A stretch of DNA of 64,000 bases from Moniliella sp. 'wahieum' (taxonomy: Eukaryota): NCBI GenBank assembly GCA_003971905.1, contig RSEE01000014.1, forward strand, positions 124,001 to 188,000. Reading direction: 5' to 3'. Of the stretch, positions 25,631-39,324 are shown piece after piece (the first letter of the stretch is position 1; each line of letters begins with the position of its first letter). The notes beneath the pieces were generated by a model. The model was not told where the DNA came from. It saw only the letters and a list, made by a program, of their open reading frames with translations, and ran no database searches. The translations under genes were made by a program, and so were the position numbers.

Positions 25631-28189
25631 TTACACTTCCACCGCCCACCGACTGGCCACCACCAGCGCCGCCTGAGCGGCCGGACCAACGGGGAGGGAA
25701 TGCGTTTGGGCACGCTGCAGTGCAGGAACCAGGGCGCGAGCCAAGCGGTGTCGCGCGTCGGGCAACGACACGCCACTGTCCCCCCCAATCGTAGAGAGCT
25801 GCTCATCTTGGTGAGAGGTCGTAGGCTCGGGCTCGGCCACGCCCGGTGGTAATGAAAGTAGCGCCAAAACCAACGCGCACGCATTGGCGCGCATAGCGTC
25901 GGGACGCGGAAAGGGAGGCGGAGAAGGAGGTGCCAAGAGCGCCACAAGCGCATCTTGTCCTTCCTTCTGCGTCTCCGAGACGGAGAGGGCAAGGACGACC
26001 GTACCTGCACCTCCGGGACGTAGGTGGGACGCAACGAGGGTAAGGGCCAAAACGGCTTCGGCTTCCAGTTGCGCATGCCGCGCTTTCTGGCCATCGAAAA
26101 AACTGTACAAGACAGTGTACGATGGTTTGCTGTCCCAGCTGAGCCTTGGCTTGGGCTATGGCTGTGGCTCGGTCCCAAGGAGGACTGTACCCCTTCCGCA
26201 GGGGTGGCAGTGGACGCGGCGGCTGCGGTGGGCGGACGAAGCACGCTCCGCACCGTTGCTGCCACCGCCCGGGCTGACTGGAGTTTGGACCCGGTATCGT
26301 CCGACCGGGCTGCCAGAGCGGCCAAGGACCCAATCACGGGCCCTTGAGCCACTTGGATCGCCGCCTGCCCATCGTCCTGGACCAGCATCTTGATCAGCCC
26401 AGCGGCCACTTGCTGCACGGGTCGCGCCAAATCAAACTGGGTAGTGAGCAGGCGGCCCGCACTGGCCACAGTACCCGCTTGCACCAACTGAGAGCGTACA
26501 TGGGCCAAAGGTGGTACCGCATATTCTTCAGCAAACCCAATGCGCCATGCGCGATTCGCAAGTCGGCCCCCGTTGGCCGCACCAGTCCCATCGGCTTGTC
26601 TAGCTCGTGCTCCGACTCGTGCTCGTTAGCCTGGGCGTCGGAGCTTGGCACGGGAGCGGCCAGCGTGGCCTGGAGCAAAGTGGCAGCACGAGTACCTACG
26701 CCCCGCTGCGCCAACGCTTCTACGTTCGTATCGCTTCGTGCTAGGTTGCCGAGCAAAGCAAGCCGAGCGCCGTCAAATCGGAACGGGGTACGAACGAGTC
26801 GGTCTTGGTGCCTTCAGGGCGGATGGGGAATTGGATGAGGATGCGGATGCGGATGCGGATGCGGATGCGGATGGGATTGAGGCTTGAGGTTGGGCTGCAG
26901 CGTCCAGCCATGCATCCACACGCGCCAACAGTCCCGCCTGCCCAGCAAACAGACCTTGCATCAACGCATCTTCTCCTGCCACAATTACCATCGTACGTCC
27001 GGCCGCACCCTTGGCAGTGGCATAAAGTTTACGCGCTTCCCATGCCTCGTCCTGGTTCTCGGTTTCGCTTTCGTTGTCGTTTTCGTTGTCGCTCTCGTCC
27101 TCGCTCTTGCCCGCCTCGTCGTCGTCCTTGTCCTTGACCTGATCCTTTCCCCCGATGGCGCGGTGGGACGGGGCCAGGCAGTGGGTGGCGAAGCGCGTTC
27201 AAGAAAGTGGACCAGGACCTGGAGGCCACATGCTCCGTGCTGCAAGGGGGAGAGCATAGCAATGCGAACGGCGGTACTCTTGTCGGCGCCTTCTTCTAGT
27301 GCCTTGGTGGTATACGAAAGCAACTCGGCGTCCAAACTCATGTTGGCAGCATCGCCCTCTTCGTGGTCCTCGCCGTGGGGTGAAACGGCAAGAAAAGCTT
27401 GCAAGACCGAGGTGGCCGCTTGGACCAAAGTCAGTCCTAACTCCTCCTTGGCCACAACCGCCTGATCAGCCGCGTCGGCCTTGGCTTCTCCTTCGTCGGG
27501 TTCGGCCAGGGCAAGAGGCAAAAGGTCATTGAGCAACTGCCATGCCCAGACAGCGGCCATAGCCCCCGTCGCAGAGCCGGGGTGAGCGGGCAAGTGAATG
27601 CCAGCAGCCGGCTGGGAAGGGGGGGGAAGCAAGGTGAAGCAAAGTGGTCAGCAGCTCCGGTTGGGCCGCCATACGCTCCAAGAACGCCGCTCCACCATAG
27701 CCTACGTTGAGAAGTGCGGCCACCGCGGCCCGCACAGCCGTCAACACCGTCTCGCGTACCGTGGCATCCGCCGCAAGTGGGAGCAGCGCATGGAGCGCCG
27801 TCGTCGTTGCGCTGGCCACGTCGGCATCGAGAAGCGCGGTGCGGTTCGCGTCCGAGTCGGCGACAAAGTTGGCAGAGACACGGAACAGATGCGTCAGGGC
27901 AGATACAAGTGGAGGCAGGGCAGGTGGATCGGTGGGGGCAGAGCCGGGGCAGAGATTTGCTGGGCGGCCTGGGTCAGGAGCGGGGCCACGGGAGGAAGCG
28001 GGGTGGAGGCGGCAGTGAGCGGGCGGCGGGCTGGCGCAAGAGGCTGGCCAAAGCATCGGCGGTGTGGGCGACGGCGGTCCAGGTGGCGGGGTGTCGGCGG
28101 GGCAGGGGAAGAGGAGAGGCAGAGGAGGGAGGAGGGTGGTGGGGGCGGCAGCAAGTGCGGCGGCGGCGGGCGGCGTCGGGCTGGCCCAT
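25631..28189 (-). CDS. ARM-repeat small-GTPase chaperone/GEF, SmgGDS (RAP1GDS1)/Bem4-like; indels; ends approximate
   Basis: Helical Ala/Leu-rich ORF pieces contain RVSANFVADSDANR, AALLNVG, LGNLARSDTNV and HGALGLLKN, which I recall from fungal SmgGDS-like proteins. Confidence 0.7.
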
Positions 28190-29455
28190 GCTCGCGGTGG
28201 TGGGGGCGATGGCAGGTGGCGGCAGGAGGAGCTGTGCGTCGTGCTTCGTCTTCAAGTTGAAGCTTCATGCGCCGCCACAACCAACGGTGGAAATGTGGCG
28301 CTGAAATGTTCAGGTGCGATGCGCCGCTGCTCTCCGAGATGCGCGTCTTCTGTGTGCAATGCTTTGTCCCGCATCCGCTTCGCCCCTTCACCAGCTTCAC
28401 GCTTCGCCTGCCTTACTTGGATGGCAAGGACAGGGCTTCCTCACATACCGTAGTCTATATGCAGTCTTCTGGATGGCGCCCCCAAATGTCTTGAGAACGC
28501 CACCACGGTGGGGGTAAGAGTCATATCATTTTCTCTTTTCCCTTTTCCCTTTCCGTCGCCGTTTGCTGATGTGGAGTGATTGCAACAGGCTTAGCGCTTA
28601 TTAGCAGCGACCAGGTGGTACAAAAGGGCTCAGGGGGGTGGTGACTGTGGCCAATTCTGACAAAATGCCGGTATTTGAGAACAACAAGCGCAAAGAGACG
28701 ACGCACACACATCTTGCGTATCTCTCTTCCCTCACTTTTGCGTTTTAATGCCGCAAGGGAGGGTTTCTCCCAATCCTCCCCTTCCTTTTGGCCGGCGTGA
28801 TTCCAACCTACACACCCACACTTCCTTGTCCGATACTCCCCTTTGGATACTGCATCTGTTGAGGCGCGCCTGTTGTGGGATACTCATGCCGCATCTCTCT
28901 TCTTCTTCCTTCCACACTACTACCGCTGCGAACACTGCGAGCTCTCCTTACCAAAGGCGTTCTGTGCGCGGTCGGCGGTCTGTGCGGCTACGTCACCTGA
29001 CAATGCGGGGAAGCGTTCTCCGATCTGCGGAGGCATGGCTGCTCCATCGACTATGTCCATCCCCTCGGCTGAAAACTGGCCCCAAATGGAAAGGAAAAGC
29101 AGCAACCCTAGCGCTGGCGGCCAGTCTGTACACTGGCGCTGCGCCACCCCGTGGGTTGGGCCCAGGGGCGCACCCAGCCACGGAGATGGCGAGAGTGGCG
29201 CTGTGCTGGGCCGCCGGTGGGCCGCACCGTGACGGAGAAAACTTATCGCCCGAAAAGTTCAGCCAGCCAGCATCGCAGCGGTGTTGGATGCGAAGGTGCT
29301 CATCTCAGTTGCTCCAGCCCCTTGAACAAACGCGGCCATGGCTTGGAGCAGGCCAGCCACTGCCGCGTATTAATAAGCTGTGGCCCAGCCCCTCCCCGAC
29401 CGCCCTCACCACCACCACCACCACCTCCTCCTCCATCCCTCCTCCTCCCGCCATC

Positions 29456-30864
<1,409 letters not shown>

Positions 30865-31709
30865 GAGAAAGCGTTTTTGGTGTCTACCTTGGCACATGCT
30901 TTCTTCCCTGCCCCCATCTAATCTTTTCCCCCGCGCTTACACCATACGATCAAAATTGGGGCAAACCGGCTATGTCTTTTCGCCCTCTTTTCTCCCTCCC
31001 TCCCATTCGTCGCCCCCCAACGATTGCGTGTATTTGTATCTCCTTCTCATCGACTCTGGCTGCTGCCGGCGTTGAAGCATTTGTGTCGCCTTGCCTCACA
31101 CTATGCCATGCACCGATCCTACCCCAAATGAATCCTTCCAACTTGTCGACTTCAGTCCACTGTGCTTGTTTCTGGTAGGAAGAAAGTTTCTGGTGGGAAA
31201 AAAGCATCAATGCCTCGCCAGTTCACTCGAACAGGCATTTCAGTCACTACTCAGCAGCGCTTGTCATGCATGTCTCTGTGGATCGAGGGTCCCTTTCAAG
31301 CCTCAGGCCTCACACGCCGGCCTCCCACCTCACAGGTAATGCCACACTGCTGCCACGGATCTCTTCGACGTCGAATCCGAACATCGTTCCTATTCAACCT
31401 CTCACACCTGTTTTTCAGATCCACCGTAGCACGTAGATGTATATATGCCTGCAGTACAAAATACTGATCAAAGCCACAGAACAGACAGCGGGGGATGATC
31501 GATGACCATTGCTTCCAATCGCTCACAACATAGGGATCGGACATAAGCACTACGACGGAAGATGGACATGGGGGATGCTGACAGGGCCAGCGGTTTTGGG
31601 ACGAGGGCACATGCCATGCGAGCATAGGGACCACGCGAGACATCCACGACAGAACGGTGCAATCTGCCCTGGGTTCCTCGAGACACGATACCGACGACGT
31701 CAAAGCAAC

Positions 31710-32717
31710 TTAGTTGGCCGCCTCGCGCTGCGCACGACGCTGGTCGCGCTCCTCGGTAATGGTGAGCTTAATACCACCGCCACGGGGGAGGGAGATCAAG
31801 TGCTGGCCGTCGTTGCCAGTGATGAAGATGTTGCCAATGCGGGTAGAAAACTCGCGGCCGATCGGGTCGCGGACATGGACAATGTCAAAGCCACCCGGGT
31901 GAGAGTCACGGCCAATGATCACGCCCACACGGCCCTGGTTACGGCCGCCAGTAGCCATGACCGAGGCGCCCTGCTGGAACTTGACAATCTCCTCCAGCTT
32001 GTTCTCAACCAAGTTGAACTTGATCGAGTCGCCGGCCTTAACGTCCGGGTCCGGGTAGCGGATGGTGCGGCCGTCGTGGGTGACAATGTGGGGCACGCCG
32101 CGCGGGCCGAGCTCTGCACGCTTAACCTTGAGCAGCTTGTAGGCAGCCTCCTCGGGGGCAATGCGGTGGACCACAAAGCGGCCCTTGACGTCGTAGAGGA
32201 TACGGAAGTACTCGCCCGACTTCTCAATGCTAATCACGTCCATAAAGCCCGTGGGGTAGGTAATGTCGGTGCGGACCTTGTTGTCAACCTTGATCAGGCG
32301 CTGCTGAACAATGGTGTTGACCTCGCGGCCGTTGAGCGCGTACTTCAAGCGGTTGCGCAGCAGCACCTAGACCCAACACCACAACAGCGTCAGTTGTGCG
32401 CACAGCAGAAAGGGGACAAAGGAGGGAGGCAGGCAGACAAGGCCAGAAGGAGACTCAGACAAGACATCGAAAGAAGGGTGTCGCCACAGAGGATCCGAAA
32501 GCCATGCATGATGTGTAGAATAGCATCATCGTCTCTTCAGGGCCGGTCTGCCTAGGAAGGGTCGCGGGGGAGGAAAAACGTACCACCATCGGGAGGCTCT
32601 CACGGAGCTTGTGCGGGCCGGTGCTGGGACGGGGGCGTACACGCCGCCGAGCTTGTCGAGCATCCAGCTCGAGGGGGCTGCGAGCCGCTTGAGGTGCTTA
32701 CGGGGACCACGGACCAT
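31710..32717 (-). CDS. RPS4: 40S ribosomal protein eS4; intron 32367-32583
   Basis: [48 protein letters not shown] and [12 protein letters not shown]. The intron has GTACGT, ACTGAC and TAG. Confidence 0.98.
32450..32535 (-). ncRNA. Intronic box C/D snoRNA in the RPS4 intron
   Basis: Box C AUGAUG(C) at 32523-32529 and box D CUGA at 32455-32458, closed by a long stem (GAAGAGAC/GUCUCCUUC, GGCC/GGCC, AGGCAGAC/GUCUGCCU). It lies on the host strand, upstream of the branch point. Confidence 0.75.
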
Positions 32718-33384
32718 ATTGGGCAAACAGAAACTGACGCAGGGACGGTGGCGGGTAGCGCAATCGTCGAGCGAGTTGTCGGCAGCAAGCACCCACCTGG
32801 CTTGCTTGCTGGGCGCACAGTGCGCCAGGCCAGTCCGCCGGCACTGAGCAAGTAGGGTTGCAACAAAAGCTTCGCATGGCATGAGGCGAGTGTGTGCAAG
32901 CGCTGCACACAGGCCTAGCAGGACATATGGGGGAGCAATTGCCGCTGCGTTGCGGCGCAATAAACCTTCATTAGGGTTGCACCCTTCTTCTGCCCGATCC
33001 GTCCAGTTTCACATTTCAGCTCTTTGCAGTGCGCTGAAATACTGGATGGGCTTTGTCCGCTCCGCGTGAGTAATTTTGTATTTGCTCTCTTGGGCACTAC
33101 GCCAGCGCTGATGGCCCCGTGAGACGTGAGCGCGTGAGGCGTGCGTGAGGCCCCCATTTGGAGTGTGACGAGCAACAGGCCAGACTCGTTCAGATGGAGC
33201 GTTACATGTCCCTCTAGCTTTACAGAAAACGCTGAGGCTCAGGCGTACTCAACCGAGCTGTCGTGACGCTTACCCACTTTGCCCCTGCACACCTCCCCGA
33301 AGTGCGTCTAACCTTTAACGCGCTCAGTCCGGCTCCGTGCCCTCCCCCTCCTACATTCTGGGATTTCTATATTATGCTAGTATC

Positions 33385-33577
33385 AACATCCGTCAGATAC
33401 CCGCCTCTCGGGTAGCTCTTCCTCATCAAGTTTGCCTGCTCTCCGCGGTTGAGACGCCAACATGTTGGACAAACAAAAGGGAGATACCACATCGTTCGTA
33501 AATCTTTTTCAGACACGCCGCTCTTAATGGGTTCCGCGTCATGTTTTGTCGGCAAATCTTTCATCCGACGGTCGCTC
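33385..33577 (-). ncRNA. Candidate long (~190 nt) box C/D-like RNA
   Basis: K-turn geometry CCG-UCG-GAUGA (33561-33571) with CUGA-CGG (33390-33396). Internal CUGA at 33509-33512 and UUGAUGA at 33423-33429, nested helices, and a TATA-like TTATTATAAG near 33665-33674. Confidence 0.35.
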
Positions 33578-33769
33578 GCCACTCCCACGGCCCGCTCTCC
33601 CACCTTCCGAAACGAGATCATAACGGTTTTGTCCTTGGACACTCCCTAGGTCGGGCTGCAGACCCTTATAATAAGACCGATATCCCTAGATCACACGTCC
33701 ATTGCATTGACAGAGCTTAAGGGTGGGACAGGGGGAACGCTACGTCTAAACCTAACCGTTCACCTTGCG

Positions 33770-33911
33770 GCGCGGGCCGGGTTATTTGCGTCTTAGAGAC
33801 CCAGCCCTGCATCGACGAGGACCAACCCATTTTGGGTTTCCAAGAGGGACATGAGAAACCAAATAGGTGCCAACACTTCATGCTGCCGCAATTGAGGTGA
33901 TGGATCCGCAT
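33770..33911 (-). pseudogene. Truncated remnant of a bacterial-type MBL-fold metallo-hydrolase
   Basis: Reconstructs as MRIHHLNCGSMK/VGTYLVSHV/LLETQNGLVLVDAGLGL*DANNPAR, with two frameshifts and an in-frame TAA (33793-33795). No HxHxDH is visible downstream. Confidence 0.7.
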
Positions 33912-34802
33912 CTTCTAGCAGCTTTGACAGAAGGGAATTGACGTGGGGGTTCTCTCGGGTGAGACCCGACCAAGGCACACGGGGGGGTCAGGAACTTGGG
34001 TGGAGAGTACCACTGGTGCCTCCAGCAGGCAAACCAAGGGGCCAAAAGGGAGATGGCGGGAGTTTAATATAGCAATTGAGCCAATAGTGAGACCAAAGAA
34101 CCCGGGACGCGAGCACCCCTCCACACGTCAACTTCACTGGAGATAAGAGCTCACAGGAGCACCACACGCGCCTGCCCTCCGCATATGTGGTGGTACACAC
34201 TTTCGCTTTTCCCTCCTATCTTCCAAGCATGACCGTGTGACGCGGGCTAAGCGGGCGGCCGAGCCTCTGGCTGAGCCAGGTGGCCGAAGCTTCGCTCCCA
34301 CCCCAGCCCCTTTTTCCCCGATTCTTATGCCCCACAACCCCATCCGACACTCGCTTGCCATATCTCCCCTTCATCTATCATCGACCATCCTTCCTTCTCC
34401 CCTCCACATAGTGTGAATACTATCCCTCTCACGTTGTATATCGGTGCCCAGCTCTCCACCCCTTTGCTCCTTGTGTATGCCACCAAAAGATAGTATAGAC
34501 GTCTTTCCCCGTGCAATCCCCCGGCGTCCAGTGGGGTGGCTTGCTTGCCCGGGTGGAGTGTGCGCACGGACCCCACGTCAAGCTTCAAGCTCCAAGCTTC
34601 AAGGCCCGTAGCGTCGATCGAATATGAGGTTTGCACCCTTCTGTGTGTCTGGCCGACTCACACGGTACCCCGCGTGGGACTGGGAGGTTGATGCGAGTGA
34701 CGTCATGTCACGTGGGGCAGCCTTGACGCCACGGGGCCCTGCCTTCTGTACCCCCACACCCATCTGCTTCCTGGCAGGGCTGCGTCCCTCTTGGCACCAC
34801 TG

Positions 34803-37754
34803 ATGCGGCCTCTTCCCTCTGCCGCCGCCGGGTGCTCAGTCGACCCCATCGGCTTGCATGCGCAGCCCGACATGCTCCCCGACGCCCCCCAGCCCACACG
34901 TCATGCTTCCTCTTCCTCTTCCTCTTCCTCCTCCGTCGCCGCCGCCAAGCCCAAATCCCACCAGCTTGGCCCCTACCCAGCCCCTCATCCCGACGTGTTT
35001 GAGCATGCAAGAAGGACGAATACTACTCGACGGAAGCTCCTATGTCCTGTCCAGCGGCGGCGAAGACGGCGAGGAGGACCCAGATCAGAACCCGTCCCTT
35101 ACTCGTCAGCTTGCCGAGACCGCGGTCGGTGTGCGCGAGATGAGCAAGCAGCTGGGCCGGGCCCGAGTCAAGAGCAAAATCGAGAGTGTCCTCATCATCA
35201 CCAAGGCACGCGACAACCAACTCATCACTTACACCCGGCAACTCGCGCTTTGGCTCATGCTGAGCGAACGTTCCCGGGGGCGGGGACTGATCGTCTATGT
35301 AGACCAGCAACTGCAGCGATCCAAACGGTTTGACCCAGACGGCATCAAGCGCGACTATCCGCATCTGTTCCAGCCGATTGCACATCGCGCCGAGCGCCGC
35401 TCTTCAGCCGGTACGCCCACCGACCCCGATCCCGTCCCTTATGCGGGCCAGCTGCGGTACTGGACGCCCGACTTGTGCACCGAACAACCCGAGCTTATCG
35501 ATTTTGTTGTCACACTGGGTGGGGATGGGACGGTCCTGTTTGCCTCATGGCTATTCCAGCGGATCGTACCTCCCGTCTTGCCATTCTCGTTGGGATCGCT
35601 TGGTTTCTTGACCAATTTTGAGTTTGGCCAATTCAAAAAGGTGATGGAATCCGTCCTGGACGATGGGATTCGGGTCAATATGCGGATGCGCTTCACGGCA
35701 ACCGTTTATGTACGTTCCCCTTTCCATGTTCTTTGCTAGCTTGGTTCCCCAAACCTAAAGTTCCCTTTCATTCAGTACTGAGTACTGACCACAGAATGGA
35801 CACTTATCAGCGTGTGGTGCGGGACAAGGAGAATGAAGCGGAGCGTCAATGTGCGATCAAGTGCGGCAAGACGGGTGCGATCTACATGAAGGAAATGGCG
35901 CGCGGGGCATGGCAGACGATTGAGAACGACAAGCATAAGAATTGCACCTACAACAAATGCACCAGTCCCGATTCGCAGCAAGGCGATGGCTGTCCGGCCA
36001 TGGACAAGGAGGTCAAATGCTTTACCACCCGCCCTCATGAGACGTTTGAGGTGTTGAATGATTTGGTTGTTGACAGGGGCCCTAGTCCGTTTGTCACGTT
36101 GCTCGAGATTTTCGGTAATGAGCATCACATGACAACCGTGCAGGCGGATGGGATCTGCATTGCTACCCCAACAGGTTCCACTGCCTACTCGCTTGCGGCT
36201 GGTGGTTCGCTCGCCCACCCCGAGATCCCGGCCATCCTCATCACGCCCATTTGCCCTCACACGCTTTCTTTCCGACCCATGCTCTTGCCCGACAGCATGA
36301 ACGTTCGCATCGTGGTCCCGTACAACTCGCGAAGTACTGCCTGGGCTAGCTTTGATGGCCGTGGTCGGGTGGAGCTCAAGCCCGGCGATCATATCAAAGT
36401 CACAGCCTCCAGCTATCCGTTTCCCACTGTATGCCGCGAAAACCAATCGGTCGATTGGTTCCGTGCCATCTCCTCCACCCTCAAGTGGAACGAACGGCAA
36501 AGACAAAAATCGTTTGTTGTTCTCGAAGACGACGAAGAGGAAGACGAGTTGCAGGAAAAGAACATTCCGTCTCCGTCAGGACAAGAACGAGGCACGCTTC
36601 AGTCGCCGTCTTCCCCACCACAACTGGACGCCTCCCAATCCCTTGTCCCCCCACAACGTACCGTTCATAACAAGAACCTTGTTCCCGACTCCACATCGTC
36701 CGCCCCTTCAGGCCCCAATGTCCCTCGTGCTTCAGAACGGTCTTCACCTCCATCTCCACAAAGCAGGGGAGCGAACCAATCATTGGGTTCAAGCTCAAGA
36801 GGTGAAGCTTCGTATGATATTGAAGAGCATACCCGTCCCGTCACCCCGTGCGAAAGCGTCCCTCCATCCGCTTCTTCCGCCGCAGTACCTTCAAGTGGGG
36901 AAATGAGACGGTCGCAATCGGGAAAACAGCGCAAGACTGAAGCGCTGCCTCGTTTGCCTCTTTCGCATTTGACTCGTACCCACGCGCCTAAAGGGATGCG
37001 AATGAGCTCCTTGCGCTCACCCGCGCCCCGTTCTCGTTTGGCATCCCGGTCTGTTCCGGGAAGTGGTGCCCATACACCGATAACGCCTCGGGCAGTAATC
37101 TCCCCATGTCTCTATCCACCAGCCGCGCTCGCTCCCCTTCCCCCCATCCAACCCCTTGGCGCACAGCCGACCGCAACAGAGGAAACGAGTTTCCGTGATG
37201 AACTACCACCTGGGAAGGCGGTGTTACACCCGCATACCGAGGACGAAATGGACCAGGACCGGGCCTCAGGTTTGCAGGGCAGCGACGCACCTGCTTCCTG
37301 GACGAACGAGGGCGAGGAACGGAAGAGCGACAGTCCTCCGCTCTCGTACAGTCCTGACCGGTACGGAAGTCCCGGTCCACCCAAGCCGCCTATCGCGGTC
37401 TCGCAACGCCACATGTTAGCCGCTGGATTCCGTCAACCGTCCCTTACCACGCCCATTTCGCCCGAGAGGAGCCATCCCCGACGGCGCCAAAGTAGTGTTG
37501 CTGTCGAGTTGGCCGCGAGTGCCAACGCAGCGCGGCAAACTGCGGCGGACCGACGCGCCTCGATCGTGGCGGGCATCCTGGTGGATCATATGATAGCCAG
37601 CTCACACACACCCCATCCTCCTCCCGACCCTGGTCGCGGTGGGCTCAGACGGAGCAAAACGGCTCTTGTGGTCTATGGTGATGACGACTCGGATTCGGAA
37701 ATTGAGGAAGAACCAAGGAGGGGACATGTTGCCTATTCCCGCCATGTCCTTTAG
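34803..37754 (+). CDS. ATP-NAD(H) kinase (Utr1/Yef1-like) with long disordered C-tail; intron 35710-35810
   Basis: VTLGGDGTVLF, FSLGSLGFLT, EVLNDLVVDRGPSP, QADGICIATPTGSTAYSLAAGGS, TPICPHTLSFRP and LKWNERQRQK. Confidence 0.95.
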
Positions 37755-37927
37755 TTTCCTTCTTCGGATCCATTCCTTCCTCCCAGTCCTCTAGTATCCT
37801 TTCCACGCCTCTGTAGGAACCAGTCGGATCAATAGGACTGAGCGACTTCAGAGCATAACATATATAGTCTGCAGTGGGGACTCCATGGACCATGAATGGA
37901 CTGCATCTTTATCATAGCTTTGCACGG

Positions 37928-39324
37928 TCAAATGTCTCGCACTGCCGCCGCGCCCGCACTGCGGTACCATTTCACTTTGCCTTCGTCACCCGCGACGAGG
38001 AAGCGGCGGGAGATGGGCCCGGTGCCACTAGCTGCGCCGGCCAAGACGGCCGCCTCGGGTTCGAGAGCGGGTTCAGGGAGCCATTGGATACACCAGAGCG
38101 GGGCATCTTCGAATGCGGTACAGACTACCGCCTTTGGTGACGCTGCGAGGTCCCACAACTTGGCTGTTCCATCCGCCGAAGCCGATGCAACAACCCGTCC
38201 ATCTTGGCGTGCAGAGAGGCAGGTGGCCATCTTGGTGTGGCCCTGCAACATGGCTACCGTATTGTCCGAGGCTTCCGTGCCACGTTCCAGCAACGCCAGT
38301 GCATCGTGCACTGTGATTGTCGTGTCCTCCGCACCGATCAGGAGGTGGTCCACTTGCACCGCAGTGGGCTGGGTCGCGCCCAACAAGCTCTGCGCCGAGG
38401 GAAGGAGGGACCAAGCGAGAGCGCGAACAGGGGAGGCGTGGTTACTAAATGATGCAACCAGTCCCCCGTCTTTCACGGCATACACCACCACTTGGCCCGA
38501 ATCGCTCCCGACAGCGAGCAAGTCACCGTCGGGAGAAAACGAGAGAGTCATCCCCCACCCATGTTTGCCCAGTGCCCCAAGGGCACCCGAGGCTGCCGTA
38601 GAGGTGCTGGGCAGCAGGCGCGGACGCAGCACCTGGCTCGCACGGAACCGCCGCACAGGTTCTAGCAGATCTGTTGCTTCTTTTCCCCGTGGTCCGGCGG
38701 CATGGACAGCATCAAGGTAGGTCTGGCCAATGTGGTACAGGGCGCCGGTGGCGGTATTGCCCGTGGTGGCGACCAGGGGCTGGGTGGGATGCAGGGTGGC
38801 AACATACGAGTCTAGCAGAGCACGCTGTTGCGTCAGTGCTGTCGCGCTCCAGGCTGCACCAAAGGGTGCGGGGGTGGGGGGGAGCAACGTACCTATTGGA
38901 AAGTGCTTGCCTTCGCCTGGGAAGGCCAGGGGGGCGACCGAGGGCGCAAAGGCGACGCATTCAATCGCGGCTTCTTGCGCAAAGTCAGGCGGGGCAATGG
39001 GTCGTCGGTAGACGCAGACTGGGGCTGGGGCACAGGCACACGGCGTTGGCGCGCACCAAAGTCGGCCGTCGACCACAGCGCCACCGACCCATCCATCGAA
39101 GAGGACAGCACCGCCCCCAGCCGTTCCGACACACACAGCGCGGTGACCGCGGCGCGATGGGGGCTGTGGACGCGGCCCAAGGAGGCGCCCGACACGGCGT
39201 CCCAAGCGCGCACGGAGCCATCAGCGGCGCCAGACCAGACGACGTCGCGCGTGGCGGCGAGGGCGTAGATGGGCGCCGCGTGGGCCTCGGGCGACGCAAA
39301 GTCGAGCAGAAACTGAAGCGACAT
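37928..39324 (-). CDS. SKI8: WD40 protein Ski8/Rec14/WDR61
   Basis: N-terminus MSLQFL..AHAAPIYAL, then WSGAADGSVRAWD, LSSSMDGSVALW, GMTLSFSPDGDLLAVGSDSGQV, HASPVRALAWS, ASASADGTAKLWDL and C-terminal GDEGKVKWYR. Confidence 0.75.

Noticed and set aside
31509..32555. Long plus-strand ORF and similar ones (17695-18489, 47143-48117, 50963-52189, 42416-43453)
   Set aside because: Antisense shadows of conserved GC-rich genes (RPS4, RPC1, SHY1, TUP1, SMB1).
33385..33640. Hammerhead ribozyme or U3 snoRNA identity for the structured segment
   Set aside because: The core reads UUGAUGA/CUGACGG, not a correctly placed CUGANGA..GAAA. The U3 box A/A' complementarity to the 18S 5' end is not convincing.
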